Positions 9,614 through 20,224 of a stretch of 64,000 nt of DNA are shown here, one piece after another. Location of the stretch: the NCBI GenBank assembly GCA_050287845.1, contig JBNKCR010000017.1, forward strand, positions 64,001 to 128,000, read 5' to 3'. The translations under genes were made by a program, and so were the position numbers. The notes beneath the pieces were generated by a model. The model made no database searches, was not told the DNA's origin, and worked only from the letters and a program-made list of their open reading frames with translations. The stretch's first letter is position 1, and each line of letters opens with the position of its first letter. The DNA comes from Polyangia bacterium. GTDB lineage: Bacteria; Myxococcota_A; Polyangia; JAAYKL01.

Positions 9614-10915
9614 ATGACTGAACGCACCGCAGACCGAATTCCGTTTGTTATTGGCAGCAGTTTTCACACCGCACCCCTGGACGTGCTGGAAAAGCTGTCC
9701 ATCGGGAAAGACGACCTCCAGTCGGTGGTGAAGGAAATTGCCGGCTGGATTCACACGACGGACCTGGTGGTTCTTTCCACATGCAACCGAACTGAAATTA
9801 TCGGGACCACCACGGATGTGGCGGCGACCCAGACCCAGGTGGCCACCTATTTCAATACCGTCTCGGAAAATGTCACCATTTTGCCGGAATACCTGTATTG
9901 TCTCACGGAACGGGATGCGATCGATCATGTGTTCCGGGTGATCAGCGGGTTGGAATCAATGATGATTGGCGAAACAGAAATTGTGGGACAGATGCAGTTT
10001 TCCTTCGGGGTGGCCCAGTGTGAGGGCCTGGCCAGCAACTATTTTGTGCAGCTGTTTGATGCCGCGTTTCGCACGGGCAAGCGGGTCCGGACGGAAACCG
10101 GGATTGACCGGGGTACCACCTCGGTGGCCAAAGCCGGGGTGCATATGGCCCGGCGGGTTGTGGGAGACCTGTCCAGACGGCATGTGCTGATGATTGGCGC
10201 TGGTGAGACCGGCACGTTGACTTGCACCTATCTGAATGAAGAACGGGCCGCCATCCGGGTGGCGAATCGAACCCATGACCGGGCAGTGCGTCTGGCCGCA
10301 ACGGTGGGGGGACAGGTGGTGCCGTTTGACCAGCTGGAAGCCGCCATCGCGGGGGTGGATGTGGTGTTTCTGGCCACCGGCTCGAAAACGCCGCTGCTTA
10401 CCGTGGAACTCATCACCCGGGTGCAGAAAAAGCGACACGGTGAACTCCTGGTGGTGGTGGATATATCGCTGCCCCACAACGCAACTCCGGAGATTGCCGA
10501 TGTGGGTAATGTGTTTCTGTTCAATATGAATGATCTGCAGGAGATGGTGGCCAAATCTCTCTCGAAACGGGCCGGCGAGAAAAAACAGGCCGAACGGATT
10601 ATCGCTGCGGAAGTGGATGCATTCTTTACGCGGCAGAAAACCCTTGAGGTGGGCCCATTGATAGCAAAATTGCGCGCGTCATATGAATATTTGAGTGAAC
10701 TGGAGCTGGCCCGATATGACAATCGGCTGAGCGATGCGGAAAAGCGGCTGCTACGTCAGTTTGCCGGTGGACTGGTGAAGAAACTGCTTCATCTGCCCAC
10801 CATGGGGGTGCGGGAGCTGGCAATGGATGACGATGCAACCGGGGAGCGGGTGAAATGGTTTGAAAAGTTGTTTGGACTGGATGAACCCTTTGAAAACAGA
10901 ACGAGGAAAAAGTGA
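9614..10915 (+). CDS. hemA: Glutamyl-tRNA reductase
   Basis: LSTCNRTE, GLESMMIGETEI, IGAGETG, DISLP. Confidence 0.96.
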   Translation: MTERTADRIPFVIGSSFHTAPLDVLEKLSIGKDDLQSVVKEIAGWIHTTDLVVLSTCNRTEIIGTTTDVAATQTQVATYFNTVSENVTILPEYLYCLTERDAIDHVFRVISGLESMMIGETEIVGQMQFSFGVAQCEGLASNYFVQLFDAAFRTGKRVRTETGIDRGTTSVAKAGVHMARRVVGDLSRRHVLMIGAGETGTLTCTYLNEERAAIRVANRTHDRAVRLAATVGGQVVPFDQLEAAIAGVDVVFLATGSKTPLLTVELITRVQKKRHGELLVVVDISLPHNATPEIADVGNVFLFNMNDLQEMVAKSLSKRAGEKKQAERIIAAEVDAFFTRQKTLEVGPLIAKLRASYEYLSELELARYDNRLSDAEKRLLRQFAGGLVKKLLHLPTMGVRELAMDDDATGERVKWFEKLFGLDEPFENRTRKK

Positions 10916-11862
10916 CTGGTATACGATTGGGAACCCGAAAAAGCCGTCTGGCCATGTGGCAGACCGAGCATGTGGCATCGCTGCTGAAACAGGCGAATCC
11001 AGCCGTTGATGTGCGCGTTGTCCCCATTGTGACCCTGGGCGACCGGGTGACGGACAGGCCCCTGTATGAACTGGGGGGAACGGCGGTGTTCACTAAGGAA
11101 ATTGAGGCCGCGCTGCTGAATGACGAATGTGATATTGCGGTGCACAGCCTCAAGGATTTGGCGACGGTGATGCCCGAGGGATTGCAGCTGGCCGCGTATC
11201 TGCCCCGGGAGGACCCCAGGGATGTGTTCATTTCAAAAGATGGTCTGTCGTTGGCAAGTCTTCCCGAAGGCGGGGTGATAGGGACCTCCAGTCTGCGGCG
11301 GGTGGCCATGATTCGGCATTTCCGACCGGACCTGGAAGTGGTGTCGCTGCGCGGCAATGTGCCCACCCGACTCGGCGCAGCGGGAAAAGAGGTTCCCGAT
11401 GCGAAGCCGTATTCCGGTCCGTCCCTGGATGGCACCATCATGGCCGCTGCCGGGCTGAAGCGACTGGGATTTAACGCTCATATTCAGGATTATCTGCCCG
11501 CCACCCTGTTCATGCCGGCGCCGGGACAGGGGATCATTGCCCTGCAGACCCGTTGTGACGATGAAAAGACCAGCGCCCTTGTTGAGCCATTGAATTGCGC
11601 CCGCACCCGGATGGCGGCAGTGGCCGAGCGCACCTTTCTCAATATGGTCGAAGGTGGCTGTCGCCTGCCGATTGGGGCGTTCTCCATGCTGACGGAGACA
11701 ACGGTGGACCTTTCCGGCGTTATTCTGTCCCTGGACGGAAAAACGAAAATTGCCGGTGCGGTGGAAGGAAAAGACCCCGTTGCGCTGGGACAGCAGCTGG
11801 CGGTAAAACTGCTGGATGCCGGTGGCCGGGAGATTCTCAATGAGATAAAAAAGAATCCATGA
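10912..11862 (+). CDS. hemC: Porphobilinogen deaminase (hydroxymethylbilane synthase)
   Basis: GTRKSRLAMWQ, AVHSLKD, GTSSLRR, RGNVPTRL, cofactor Cys in EGGC. Confidence 0.96.
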   Translation: MTGIRLGTRKSRLAMWQTEHVASLLKQANPAVDVRVVPIVTLGDRVTDRPLYELGGTAVFTKEIEAALLNDECDIAVHSLKDLATVMPEGLQLAAYLPREDPRDVFISKDGLSLASLPEGGVIGTSSLRRVAMIRHFRPDLEVVSLRGNVPTRLGAAGKEVPDAKPYSGPSLDGTIMAAAGLKRLGFNAHIQDYLPATLFMPAPGQGIIALQTRCDDEKTSALVEPLNCARTRMAAVAERTFLNMVEGGCRLPIGAFSMLTETTVDLSGVILSLDGKTKIAGAVEGKDPVALGQQLAVKLLDAGGREILNEIKKNP

Positions 11863-11954
11863 AAGCCAGAGACGCGAAGATTGAAAAGTTTTCACAGATG
11901 ATCCCGGACGGAGCGATTCGCCGGGTGAGGATGGCACTCAAGAAAGAAGGGTGA
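11859..11954 (+). CDS. Candidate 31-aa small [34 protein letters not shown] bridging hemC and hemD
   Basis: ATG overlaps the hemC stop (ATGA, 11859-11862) and TGA overlaps the hemD GTG (GTGA, 11951-11954). Confidence 0.35.
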   Translation: MKARDAKIEKFSQMIPDGAIRRVRMALKKEG

Positions 11955-12715
11955 CGATGACTTTAACCGGAAAGCATATTCTGCTGGGCAGACATCAGAG
12001 CGACGAGAGTCCCCTGGAAGACCGACTTTTTCACGCGGGCGCGCGGGTGACGTGTGTTCCGCTCATTGAAATTGAGCCCCTTGCCGCCATTGACCTCGCC
12101 GGGGTGAACCTGAGTCCGGATGTGGTGGTCATTACCAGTAAGAACAGCGTGGCGGGTTACCTGCAGATTCGGCCACAACTGGGACCCCATCTGCTGGCCA
12201 CTGTGGGCCGGCGCACCGGCACTGCATGCGAGAAGCGTGGGGTGGCGCCCGACATCATCGGTTCGGGAAGGGGTGCTCTGGCGCTGCTGGAGACCCTGGC
12301 ATCCACCTGTGGCGTTTCTGGAAAACACATTCTTTACCCCTGTTCCAATCTGGTGACTGACGAATTTGCAGCGCGGGCCACCGCCCTCGGGGCAACGGTG
12401 GAGATGCTCACGGTGTATCGCACGGCAACACCGGCTGCCCTTTCGGCGGAATCCCTCGATCCCGCTGACGCGGTGGTGTTTTACAGCAGCAGCGGCGCAC
12501 GGCATTTTCATGAGGTCCGATCGTTTTCCAGCATGACAGATACGGCCGCCGTGGCCATGGGAGAACAGACGGCGAATACATTGCGCGAATTGGGTGCGTC
12601 AAAGGTGACAGTGGCCCGGAGACCGGATATCGATGCGCTGTTCGACGCGGTGGTGGAAAGCGTGAATGCCAAAGCCCGGGCCCCCCAACACGAAGATTGC
12701 GAGAAAGATACATGA
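11951..12715 (+). CDS. hemD: Uroporphyrinogen-III synthase
   Basis: [30 protein letters not shown] motifs; position within the hem operon. Confidence 0.88.
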   Translation: MTMTLTGKHILLGRHQSDESPLEDRLFHAGARVTCVPLIEIEPLAAIDLAGVNLSPDVVVITSKNSVAGYLQIRPQLGPHLLATVGRRTGTACEKRGVAPDIIGSGRGALALLETLASTCGVSGKHILYPCSNLVTDEFAARATALGATVEMLTVYRTATPAALSAESLDPADAVVFYSSSGARHFHEVRSFSSMTDTAAVAMGEQTANTLRELGASKVTVARRPDIDALFDAVVESVNAKARAPQHEDCEKDT

Positions 12716-13695
12716 CATATCCGATAGTACGAATGAGAAGAATCCGACGGACACCGCAGATTCGAGAGCTGGTTCGGGAAACGGAGATTTCACTGAACAA
12801 GCTGGTGTATCCCCTGTTTGTGGTGGAAGGGGAGAAGATACAGACGCCCATCGCCGCCATGCCGGGCTGTTTTCATTTTTCCATTGATCGGCTGGTGGTG
12901 GAATGTGAAGCGCTGTGGAAAATGGGCATCCGTCATGTGATACTGTTCGGTATTCCCGCCACCAGGGATGAGGTGGGGTCGAGTGGGTACGACGAAAACG
13001 GGATTGTGGCCAGAGCCATTGCCGCCATCAAAGCCGCGGTGCCGCAGATGTGTGTGTGGGCCGATGTCTGCCTGTGTGAATACACCAGTCATGGACATTG
13101 CGGGGTGGTGGAGAATCATCAGGTGAAAAACGATGCAACACTGCCTCTGCTGGCCCGGGCGGCCCGGGTGTATGCAGCGGCCGGCGCCGATATTATTGCC
13201 CCATCGGACATGATGGACGGCCGGGTGGATGCCATTCGCGCCGAGCTGGATGCCAGCGGTTTTGAGGATGTGGCCATCTGTGCGTACAGCGCCAAGTATG
13301 CCTCCGGATTTTATGGGCCGTTTCGGGAGGCCGCCTGCAGCGCGCCGGGGTTCGGAGACAGGAGCGGTTATCAGATGGACCCGGCCAACAGTGACGAAGC
13401 GCTTCGGGAAGTGGAACTCGATATTGACGAAGGCGCTGACATGGTGATGGTGAAACCGGCCCTTTCATACCTGGATATTGTCCGTCGGGTGAAAGAGCAG
13501 TTTCTGGTGCCGGTGGTCGCGTACAATGTGTCGGGAGAATACTCGATGATTAAGGCGGCCGCCGAAAAAGGATGGATTGATCACGACCGACTGGTGATGG
13601 AGACTCTGCTCTCCATGCGCAGGGCCGGTGCAGATATTATTATTACCTATTTTGCGAAAGATGTGGCGCGGATTCTTGGTTCGCCGTCACGGTGA
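12712..13695 (+). CDS. hemB: Delta-aminolevulinic acid dehydratase (Zn-type)
   Basis: [35 protein letters not shown]. Confidence 0.97.
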   Translation: MTYPIVRMRRIRRTPQIRELVRETEISLNKLVYPLFVVEGEKIQTPIAAMPGCFHFSIDRLVVECEALWKMGIRHVILFGIPATRDEVGSSGYDENGIVARAIAAIKAAVPQMCVWADVCLCEYTSHGHCGVVENHQVKNDATLPLLARAARVYAAAGADIIAPSDMMDGRVDAIRAELDASGFEDVAICAYSAKYASGFYGPFREAACSAPGFGDRSGYQMDPANSDEALREVELDIDEGADMVMVKPALSYLDIVRRVKEQFLVPVVAYNVSGEYSMIKAAAEKGWIDHDRLVMETLLSMRRAGADIIITYFAKDVARILGSPSR

Positions 13696-13702
13696 GGTGG
13701 TT

Positions 13703-15004
13703 ATGACAGAATGGAAAGCGGGACAGAAGAGTCGGGCGCTTTTTGATGCGGCCAGACAGATTATCCCCGGCGGTGTGAATTCACCGGTCCGGGCGTTCAA
13801 ATCCGTGGGGCTGACGCCCTTTCTGGTGGCCCGGGCCGACGGTCCGTTTGTTTACGATGTGGATGAGAATCAATACATCGATTTCATGGGTTCCTGGGGC
13901 CCGCTGATTCTGGGGCACAATAATGAAGGGATTCGGGCAGCACTGGTGGATGCGGCGAGTCGGGGGATTTCGTTTGGTGCATCTCATGAGGCGGAGCTTC
14001 ACATGGCGGAACTCATTCATGAAATGATGCCCCAGGTGGAAATGGTGCGGCTGGTGAATTCGGGAACAGAAGCCACCATGAGCGCGGTCCGTCTGGCCCG
14101 GGGGGCCACGGGCCGGGAAAAAATCGTCAAATTTGACGGATGTTATCACGGGCATGCTGATGGGTTTCTGATTAACGCCGGATCCGGTGCGGCCACGCTG
14201 GGAGTGCCCAGTTCACCGGGGGTGCCCAAGGGCGCGGCAAAGGATACCCTCACGGCCATCTACAATGATCTGGCATCGGTGCAGGCCCTGTTCGATGCCA
14301 ATCCGGGACAGATTGCCGCGGTGATTGTGGAGCCGGTGGCGGGGAATATGGGCTGCGTGCTGCCCGCAGAGGGATTTCTGGCTGGCCTGCGGAAAATGTG
14401 CACGGATGCCGGTGCGCTGCTGATTTTTGACGAAGTGATTACCGGTTTTCGCGTGGCCCGGGGGGGCGCCCGGGAACGGTTCGGCGTGGAAGCGGACTTA
14501 ACCACCCTGGGTAAGGTGATTGGGGGCGGGATGCCGGTAGGAGCGTTCGGCGGAAAAAAAGAACTGATGCGGCAGATGGCACCGGAAGGACCGGTGTATC
14601 AGGCGGGTACCCTGGCGGGAAATCCGCTGGCCACTGCGTGCGGTATTGCCGCGCTCTCGCAACTCAACGAACCGGGGGTGTATGATACCCTGGAGCGTAT
14701 CGGTCAACAGATGGAATCCATCCTGAAAGAAACTGCAGCAGCGTCCCATCAATCCATTGTTGTGAACCGGGTGGGCAGCATGATGGGATTCTATTTCACC
14801 GACGAACCGGTACGGAATTTCACTGACGTCTGCAAAACCAGGATCAATAAGTTCAATCCATTTTTCAGCGCGTTGCTGACCAACGGGGTTTCGGTTGCAC
14901 CGTCGGGATATGAGGCATTGTTTGTGAGTATGGCCCATAGCGATGAAGTGCTGGCCCGGGTTCGCAACGCGTTTGATGTGGCATTTCAAAGCCTGAAAGG
15001 ATAA
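13703..15004 (+). CDS. hemL: Glutamate-1-semialdehyde 2,1-aminomutase
   Basis: PGGVNSPVRAF, NSGTEATM, FDEVITGFR, LGKVIGGG, QAGTLAGNP. Confidence 0.97.
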   Translation: MTEWKAGQKSRALFDAARQIIPGGVNSPVRAFKSVGLTPFLVARADGPFVYDVDENQYIDFMGSWGPLILGHNNEGIRAALVDAASRGISFGASHEAELHMAELIHEMMPQVEMVRLVNSGTEATMSAVRLARGATGREKIVKFDGCYHGHADGFLINAGSGAATLGVPSSPGVPKGAAKDTLTAIYNDLASVQALFDANPGQIAAVIVEPVAGNMGCVLPAEGFLAGLRKMCTDAGALLIFDEVITGFRVARGGARERFGVEADLTTLGKVIGGGMPVGAFGGKKELMRQMAPEGPVYQAGTLAGNPLATACGIAALSQLNEPGVYDTLERIGQQMESILKETAAASHQSIVVNRVGSMMGFYFTDEPVRNFTDVCKTRINKFNPFFSALLTNGVSVAPSGYEALFVSMAHSDEVLARVRNAFDVAFQSLKG

Positions 15005-15006
15005 TT

Positions 15007-16038
15007 ATGGCTGACCCGAAAAACGATCTGTTTCTGAAGGCATGCCTGGGTCAGGAAGTGACGCGCACGCCGGTGTGGATGATGCGGCAGGCTGGCCGAT
15101 ACATGGCGGAATATCGAAAAGTCCGGGAGGACCACGATTTCTGGGAAGTATGCCGCACGCCGGATTTGGCCTGTGAAGTGACCATGCAGCCCATTGATCG
15201 CCTGAAACCCGATGCGGCCATTCTTTTTTCTGATATTCTGGTGGTGCTGCCGCCTCTGGGATTGGACGTGGTGTTTAACCCGGGACCCATGCTCGATGCG
15301 CCCATCCGGAAAGAATCCGATGTGCGGGCACTCAAAAAATTTGATGTGCAGGAAGAGTTGGGATTTGTATTTGACGCGCTGCGACAGATAAAGGTATCCC
15401 TCAACGGCCGGGCCAATCTGATTGGGTTCGGGGGGGCGCCCCTCACCCTGGCCGCCTACATGGTGGAAGGGGGGAAAAGCCGGAATTTTGAACACCTGAA
15501 ACGTTTCTTTTATCAGGAAGAGGCGGTGGCCCATCAGCTGCTGGATTTGCTGGTGGAGGTGCAGAGCGATTTTCTGACCGCGCAAATTGATGCAGGGGCA
15601 GAAGCGGTTCAGATTTTCGATACCTGGGGCGGCAGTATGCCCAGGGATATCATTGAACGGTTCGTGATTCCCAAGGTGGCGCGTCTGGTTGAAAATGTGA
15701 AGCGTCCGGGGGTGCCGGTGATTTATTTCATGAAAGATGCCGCCCATGTTCTGGACCTGTTGGGGGCCACCGGCGCGGATGTGTTGTCCATTGACGACAA
15801 AATCACCCTTGATGTGGCTGCCAGAGGCATCGGGCCGGGGCCCGCGCTGCAGGGTAATCTGGATTCGGCAGTGCTGTTCTGCGATAAAAATGTGATTTCA
15901 CAGCAGGTACAGAAAGTGTTGGACGCCATGCCTGCCGGCAGAGGACACGTATTCAATCTGGGTCATGGGATTTTGCCGGAAACGCCGGTGGAAAATGCGG
16001 CTTTCATGATTGAAGAAGTCAAACGGCTAAGCGTATGA
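15007..16038 (+). CDS. hemE: Uroporphyrinogen decarboxylase
   Basis: PVWMMRQAGRY, AILFSDIL, QIFDTW, NLGHGI. Confidence 0.97.
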   Translation: MADPKNDLFLKACLGQEVTRTPVWMMRQAGRYMAEYRKVREDHDFWEVCRTPDLACEVTMQPIDRLKPDAAILFSDILVVLPPLGLDVVFNPGPMLDAPIRKESDVRALKKFDVQEELGFVFDALRQIKVSLNGRANLIGFGGAPLTLAAYMVEGGKSRNFEHLKRFFYQEEAVAHQLLDLLVEVQSDFLTAQIDAGAEAVQIFDTWGGSMPRDIIERFVIPKVARLVENVKRPGVPVIYFMKDAAHVLDLLGATGADVLSIDDKITLDVAARGIGPGPALQGNLDSAVLFCDKNVISQQVQKVLDAMPAGRGHVFNLGHGILPETPVENAAFMIEEVKRLSV

Positions 16039-17441
16039 CCGACACCACGGATTTCATCACGCCGGCGCTGCTGGCCAGATATGACAAGCCTGGACCGCGA
16101 TACACGTCGTATCCCACGGCGCTGGAGTTTCACGATGGTGTGGGTGATGCGGATTACAGCCAACGGCTTTCCCTGCTGGCCGAGGAGCGGTTGCCCCTGA
16201 GTATGTATGTACATATTCCCTTTTGCAGAAGCCGATGTCATTTTTGTGGATGCCATACATCGCTGTGTCGCGAAGCCGGTGACATTGAAGCGTATGTGTC
16301 CCACCTGTGCGCGGAAGTGGATTTGCTGGCGTCACGGCTGGGTGGCGCCCCCATGCCGCTGGTGGCCCTGCATCTGGGGGGGGGCACGCCCACCTATCTG
16401 AGCGATACGCTGATGGGTCGGATCATTGAAAAAATCAATGACGCTTTTGATGTGGATAAAAATGCTGAAGTTTCCATTGAAGTGAATCCGGCCGTCAGCA
16501 GCAGACAGCAGATTGCATTTATGCGCACCCTTGGGTTCAATCGCATCAGCGTCGGGGTACAGGACTTCAGTCCGACCGTGCTTCAGGCCATTGGTCGTCA
16601 TCAGACCCGGGCAGAGACACTGGATATTGTGGATGCCGCCCGGAACGCCGGGTTTTCTTCGGTGAATTTTGACCTGATTTACGGGTTGCCATATCAGACG
16701 GAGGCATCGTTCAACCAGACCCTGGAAGAAGTGCTGGCGGTGCGGCCGGATCGGGTGGCGCTGTATTCATTTGCGTATATTCCCTGGATTCGGGAAAATC
16801 AGAGTCGCATCGACGAAACGGCATTGCCCGGTCGGGACGACAAGTTCGCCTTTTTTGCCAATGCCCTGAAGCGGTTTACCCGGGAAGGATATTTACAGAT
16901 TGGGATGGATCACTTTGCCCTTGCCGAAGATGAGCTGGGCAAGGCCACGCAGAATGGTACACTGTTTCGCAATTTCATGGGATACACGGTGACAAGAAGT
17001 CGCGATACCCTTGGGGTAGGGGTGTCCAGCATTGGCTATGTGAAAGGCGCGTTCTTTCAGAATGAAAAGGAGAACGATCACTACTATGGCCTTGTGAACA
17101 ACGGACAGCTCCCCATCATGAAAGGGTTGGTGCTTTCAGGTGACGATTTGATTCGGGCAAATCTGATTACCGAACTCATGTGTAATTTCAGAGTGAATAT
17201 TGCAGATTTCGAACAACGCTGGCAAATCCATTTTGCAACCTATTTTGCCGAAGAACTGGCCCAGCTTGCGGCCCAGCGGGAAGCCGAACTGAAAGGGTCG
17301 GAGCTGTCATTTACCACAATGGGCGATGCGTTGCAGCTTACGGCCGTGGGGCGATTGTTTGTGCGGAATGTCTGTATGGTGTTTGACACGTATCTGAAGA
17401 ACAAGTCTGAAAACAGACCTCTTTTTTCGAGGACAGTATAA
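16035..17441 (+). CDS. hemN: Oxygen-independent coproporphyrinogen III oxidase (radical SAM)
   Basis: GPRYTSYPT, HIPFCRSRCHFCGC, GGGTPT, RNFMGY. Confidence 0.95.
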   Translation: MTDTTDFITPALLARYDKPGPRYTSYPTALEFHDGVGDADYSQRLSLLAEERLPLSMYVHIPFCRSRCHFCGCHTSLCREAGDIEAYVSHLCAEVDLLASRLGGAPMPLVALHLGGGTPTYLSDTLMGRIIEKINDAFDVDKNAEVSIEVNPAVSSRQQIAFMRTLGFNRISVGVQDFSPTVLQAIGRHQTRAETLDIVDAARNAGFSSVNFDLIYGLPYQTEASFNQTLEEVLAVRPDRVALYSFAYIPWIRENQSRIDETALPGRDDKFAFFANALKRFTREGYLQIGMDHFALAEDELGKATQNGTLFRNFMGYTVTRSRDTLGVGVSSIGYVKGAFFQNEKENDHYYGLVNNGQLPIMKGLVLSGDDLIRANLITELMCNFRVNIADFEQRWQIHFATYFAEELAQLAAQREAELKGSELSFTTMGDALQLTAVGRLFVRNVCMVFDTYLKNKSENRPLFSRTV

Positions 17442-18817
17442 TGAAACAAACAGCAATTGTGGGCGGCGGTGTTTCGGGGCTGGCTATCGCATATGCATTG
17501 CAGCAGGCGGGGATGACCCCGGATGACATGGTCGTGCTGGAAAAAAGAAGCGTATCCGGGGGAAATGTGCAGACCGAAGTGATCGATGGATACACCATTG
17601 AAAAAGGTCCCAACGGATTTCTTGACGACGCGCCGGCAACCCTGAAACTCATTGATGATCTGGAAATTGAAAGCGTGCTGCCCAGCAATCAGAATGCGGC
17701 CAGACGGTTTATCTGGCGGGCGGGAAAACTCCGGGAAATCAAACCGAACCCTGTGGCGTTTTTTGCCAGTGGGGTGTTGCCGTTGCCCGGCGCCTTGCGG
17801 GTGGCGCTGGAGCCATTTCAGAAAAAGGGAAATATCGATGACGAGTCGGTGTACGATTTCGCCGCGCGGCGAATCGGCAGAAGTGCGGCAGAATATTTAG
17901 TGGCCGCCATGGTACAGGGGGTGTTTGCGGGGGACGCAAAACAGATAGAACTGAAAAGCGCATTTCCCAAAATGTACGCCATGGAACAGCGTCACGGTTC
18001 GCTGATCAAAGCGATGATAGCCAAATCCCGAATGAAAAAACAGCAAAGGAGGGGAGGGGGACCGGCCGGACCCGGAGGAAAGCTGACCTCCTTTGATGGG
18101 GGGATGCAAACGCTCCCCGACACTCTGACAGCAAAGATACAGCCTTCGCTGCAGTTGAATTGCGGTGTGTCGAGTATCGAGAAAAAAAGCGGTGTTTTTA
18201 TTCTCACCCTTGAAAGCGGCGAAAAGGTGGAAGCAAAAACGGTGGTGTGTGCCAGTCCCGCGTGGGCTGCATCAAAGCAGTTACACCCCTTGCATGTGGA
18301 ATTATCGACGGAGCTGTCTTATATTCAGTATCCGGCGGTAGCCGTGGTGGCCACCGGATTTGACCGGAAGTCGTTGCCGGAGACACCGGATGGATTTGGT
18401 TTTCTGGTGCCCAGGGGGCAGGGGGTGCGTGCACTGGGATGTCTGTGGACATCCTCAGTGTGGCGGCACCGCGCGCCGGACGGAAAGGTTCTCCTTCGCA
18501 CCATGGTGGGTGGATCGGTGGATTCGGACGCGGCAACGCTCAGCGACGATGAACTGATTGCAACTGTTCTCAATGATTTGAAAACCACCATGCACATTAC
18601 GGATACCCCGGAACTGGTGAAGGTATATCGACATCCCGAATCCATCGCCCAATATACCTGTGGGCACAGCGCCCGGGTCCAGCGAATTGAAAATTACTTC
18701 ACCCGGATTGACGGATTATATCTGAGCGGCAGTTCCTACGGCGGCATCAGTGTGAATCATTGCATTGAGGAAGCGCCGGGGGTGGCCAGAGCAGTTCTCC
18801 AGTTCCTTGAAAAATAG
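17441..18817 (+). CDS. hemY: FAD-dependent protoporphyrinogen oxidase (HemY type)
   Basis: GGGVSGL, EKGPNGF, GFGFLVP, IAQY, GISVNHC. Confidence 0.92.
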   Translation: MKQTAIVGGGVSGLAIAYALQQAGMTPDDMVVLEKRSVSGGNVQTEVIDGYTIEKGPNGFLDDAPATLKLIDDLEIESVLPSNQNAARRFIWRAGKLREIKPNPVAFFASGVLPLPGALRVALEPFQKKGNIDDESVYDFAARRIGRSAAEYLVAAMVQGVFAGDAKQIELKSAFPKMYAMEQRHGSLIKAMIAKSRMKKQQRRGGGPAGPGGKLTSFDGGMQTLPDTLTAKIQPSLQLNCGVSSIEKKSGVFILTLESGEKVEAKTVVCASPAWAASKQLHPLHVELSTELSYIQYPAVAVVATGFDRKSLPETPDGFGFLVPRGQGVRALGCLWTSSVWRHRAPDGKVLLRTMVGGSVDSDAATLSDDELIATVLNDLKTTMHITDTPELVKVYRHPESIAQYTCGHSARVQRIENYFTRIDGLYLSGSSYGGISVNHCIEEAPGVARAVLQFLEK

Positions 18818-18866
18818 CCTGCGAAATACAGGGAAGCAACAGAGGTGGAATGGCAGTCATCCGGTG

Positions 18867-20111
18867 TTATTCGATGTCGTCCTGCGTTGCGGGAGAAGGG
18901 GTTGATGCGGAATCAGCAGGTTCAAGGGTGGCAGTGTCAGCTGCGACTTTTTCTGCTTGCCACTTTTTCCGGGCGGCGTTCACCGCATCGGCACAGTCGC
19001 ATTCTTCCTCGGTCTGTTTGGGCGGCGGATTGCCAATGAGGTCAAACCCGACGGAAATCAGCAGGTTGTTCTGAATCTGAAAATCATCAATCACCAGAGG
19101 CTGTTTCAATGCCTTGAACGAATAATTGATACTCAGATATTCTGATACGTTTACGCCCAGCGCGGCTTCAAACTCCATATTCATCAGTTCGATGCCCTTC
19201 AGTTTCTCGGTATCGGGAGTGTGATAGAACGGATGCATGAACAGGGCGCTGACCATGTAGGTCAGCAAATCATTGTGCAGCATTCCATTGGCTACAACAC
19301 CCAGCTCCACACCGATTTGCCGGCTGTCCTGCAACTTGCGCAGTTCAAGAAATGGTGTGTCGTCGTTGTCATCCAGATAGTAGCCGCCCCGGGTGAAGGT
19401 CTCCCAGGCGCCAATGCCCAGCCGGGTGTCCAGGTTGAATGCGGTCTCTGAAATCGGCTTGGCAAACAACCCCAGGGTTTCCCGCAAGGTAAGTGGCGCA
19501 AAGGCATCGGTCAGGCTGATTCTGGCACCCGCACTTCGACGACCATAGGGTAGTGGGGTTCCATTTTCGTCAACCGGTAGCCCGTTGGCGTTGGCGCTGA
19601 CCGAAACATCTGAATTGAGACGCACGAATAACACCGGCTCGGACCGCACTTCTTCTGCGGGGAGCAGTGCGGTGTTCACTCGAAAGCTGAAAAAGGATCC
19701 CACCCATTTTATCCGCGGAAAATGATAAAGATACGCGGTTTTTAATTCCAGGCTATCCATGCTCTTAATCCACACATCCACCACGGGCGTTCTGCTGTAC
19801 CCCAGATTGAAAATCAGCGCATTGGTCCACTCGTGATATTCGTTTCTGCTGAGATAATCCGCAGTGGCATGCAGAAGAGAACCGACCTGCAGGCTGACGC
19901 CGTCGGTGTTACCCGGTACATTGGCGGATTGACCCAGCGAAAAGGTGCCATTGAATTTTAACCGGGGATGCCATCCGACCCGTTCGTAATCGACGATGTT
20001 ATCTGCTATTTCGGGAATCAGCTGCGCTTCAATATCCTGGGCCGCGACATTGATCGCAACCAGCTGAATCGCCGTTAGAAGTGCCCAGCATGACATGAGC
20101 ATCCGTGTCAT
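18867..20111 (-). CDS. Putative outer-membrane beta-barrel protein (DUF3078-like)
   Basis: Signal peptide, alternating amphipathic strands, WIKSMDSLELK motif, terminal strand LLISVGF followed by an acidic tail. Confidence 0.6.
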   Translation of the reverse strand: MTRMLMSCWALLTAIQLVAINVAAQDIEAQLIPEIADNIVDYERVGWHPRLKFNGTFSLGQSANVPGNTDGVSLQVGSLLHATADYLSRNEYHEWTNALIFNLGYSRTPVVDVWIKSMDSLELKTAYLYHFPRIKWVGSFFSFRVNTALLPAEEVRSEPVLFVRLNSDVSVSANANGLPVDENGTPLPYGRRSAGARISLTDAFAPLTLRETLGLFAKPISETAFNLDTRLGIGAWETFTRGGYYLDDNDDTPFLELRKLQDSRQIGVELGVVANGMLHNDLLTYMVSALFMHPFYHTPDTEKLKGIELMNMEFEAALGVNVSEYLSINYSFKALKQPLVIDDFQIQNNLLISVGFDLIGNPPPKQTEEECDCADAVNAARKKWQAEKVAADTATLEPADSASTPSPATQDDIE

Positions 20112-20224
20112 TGAAATCTTTTCCTTTCCGCAGTTCAAACGGGTTGCCGGCTGCATGCGGAGCAATTTGCTCCTGCATAAAAAAAGTTGAATACGGCAGT
20201 ATTTTAAGTCCAGCCAGACAGATG

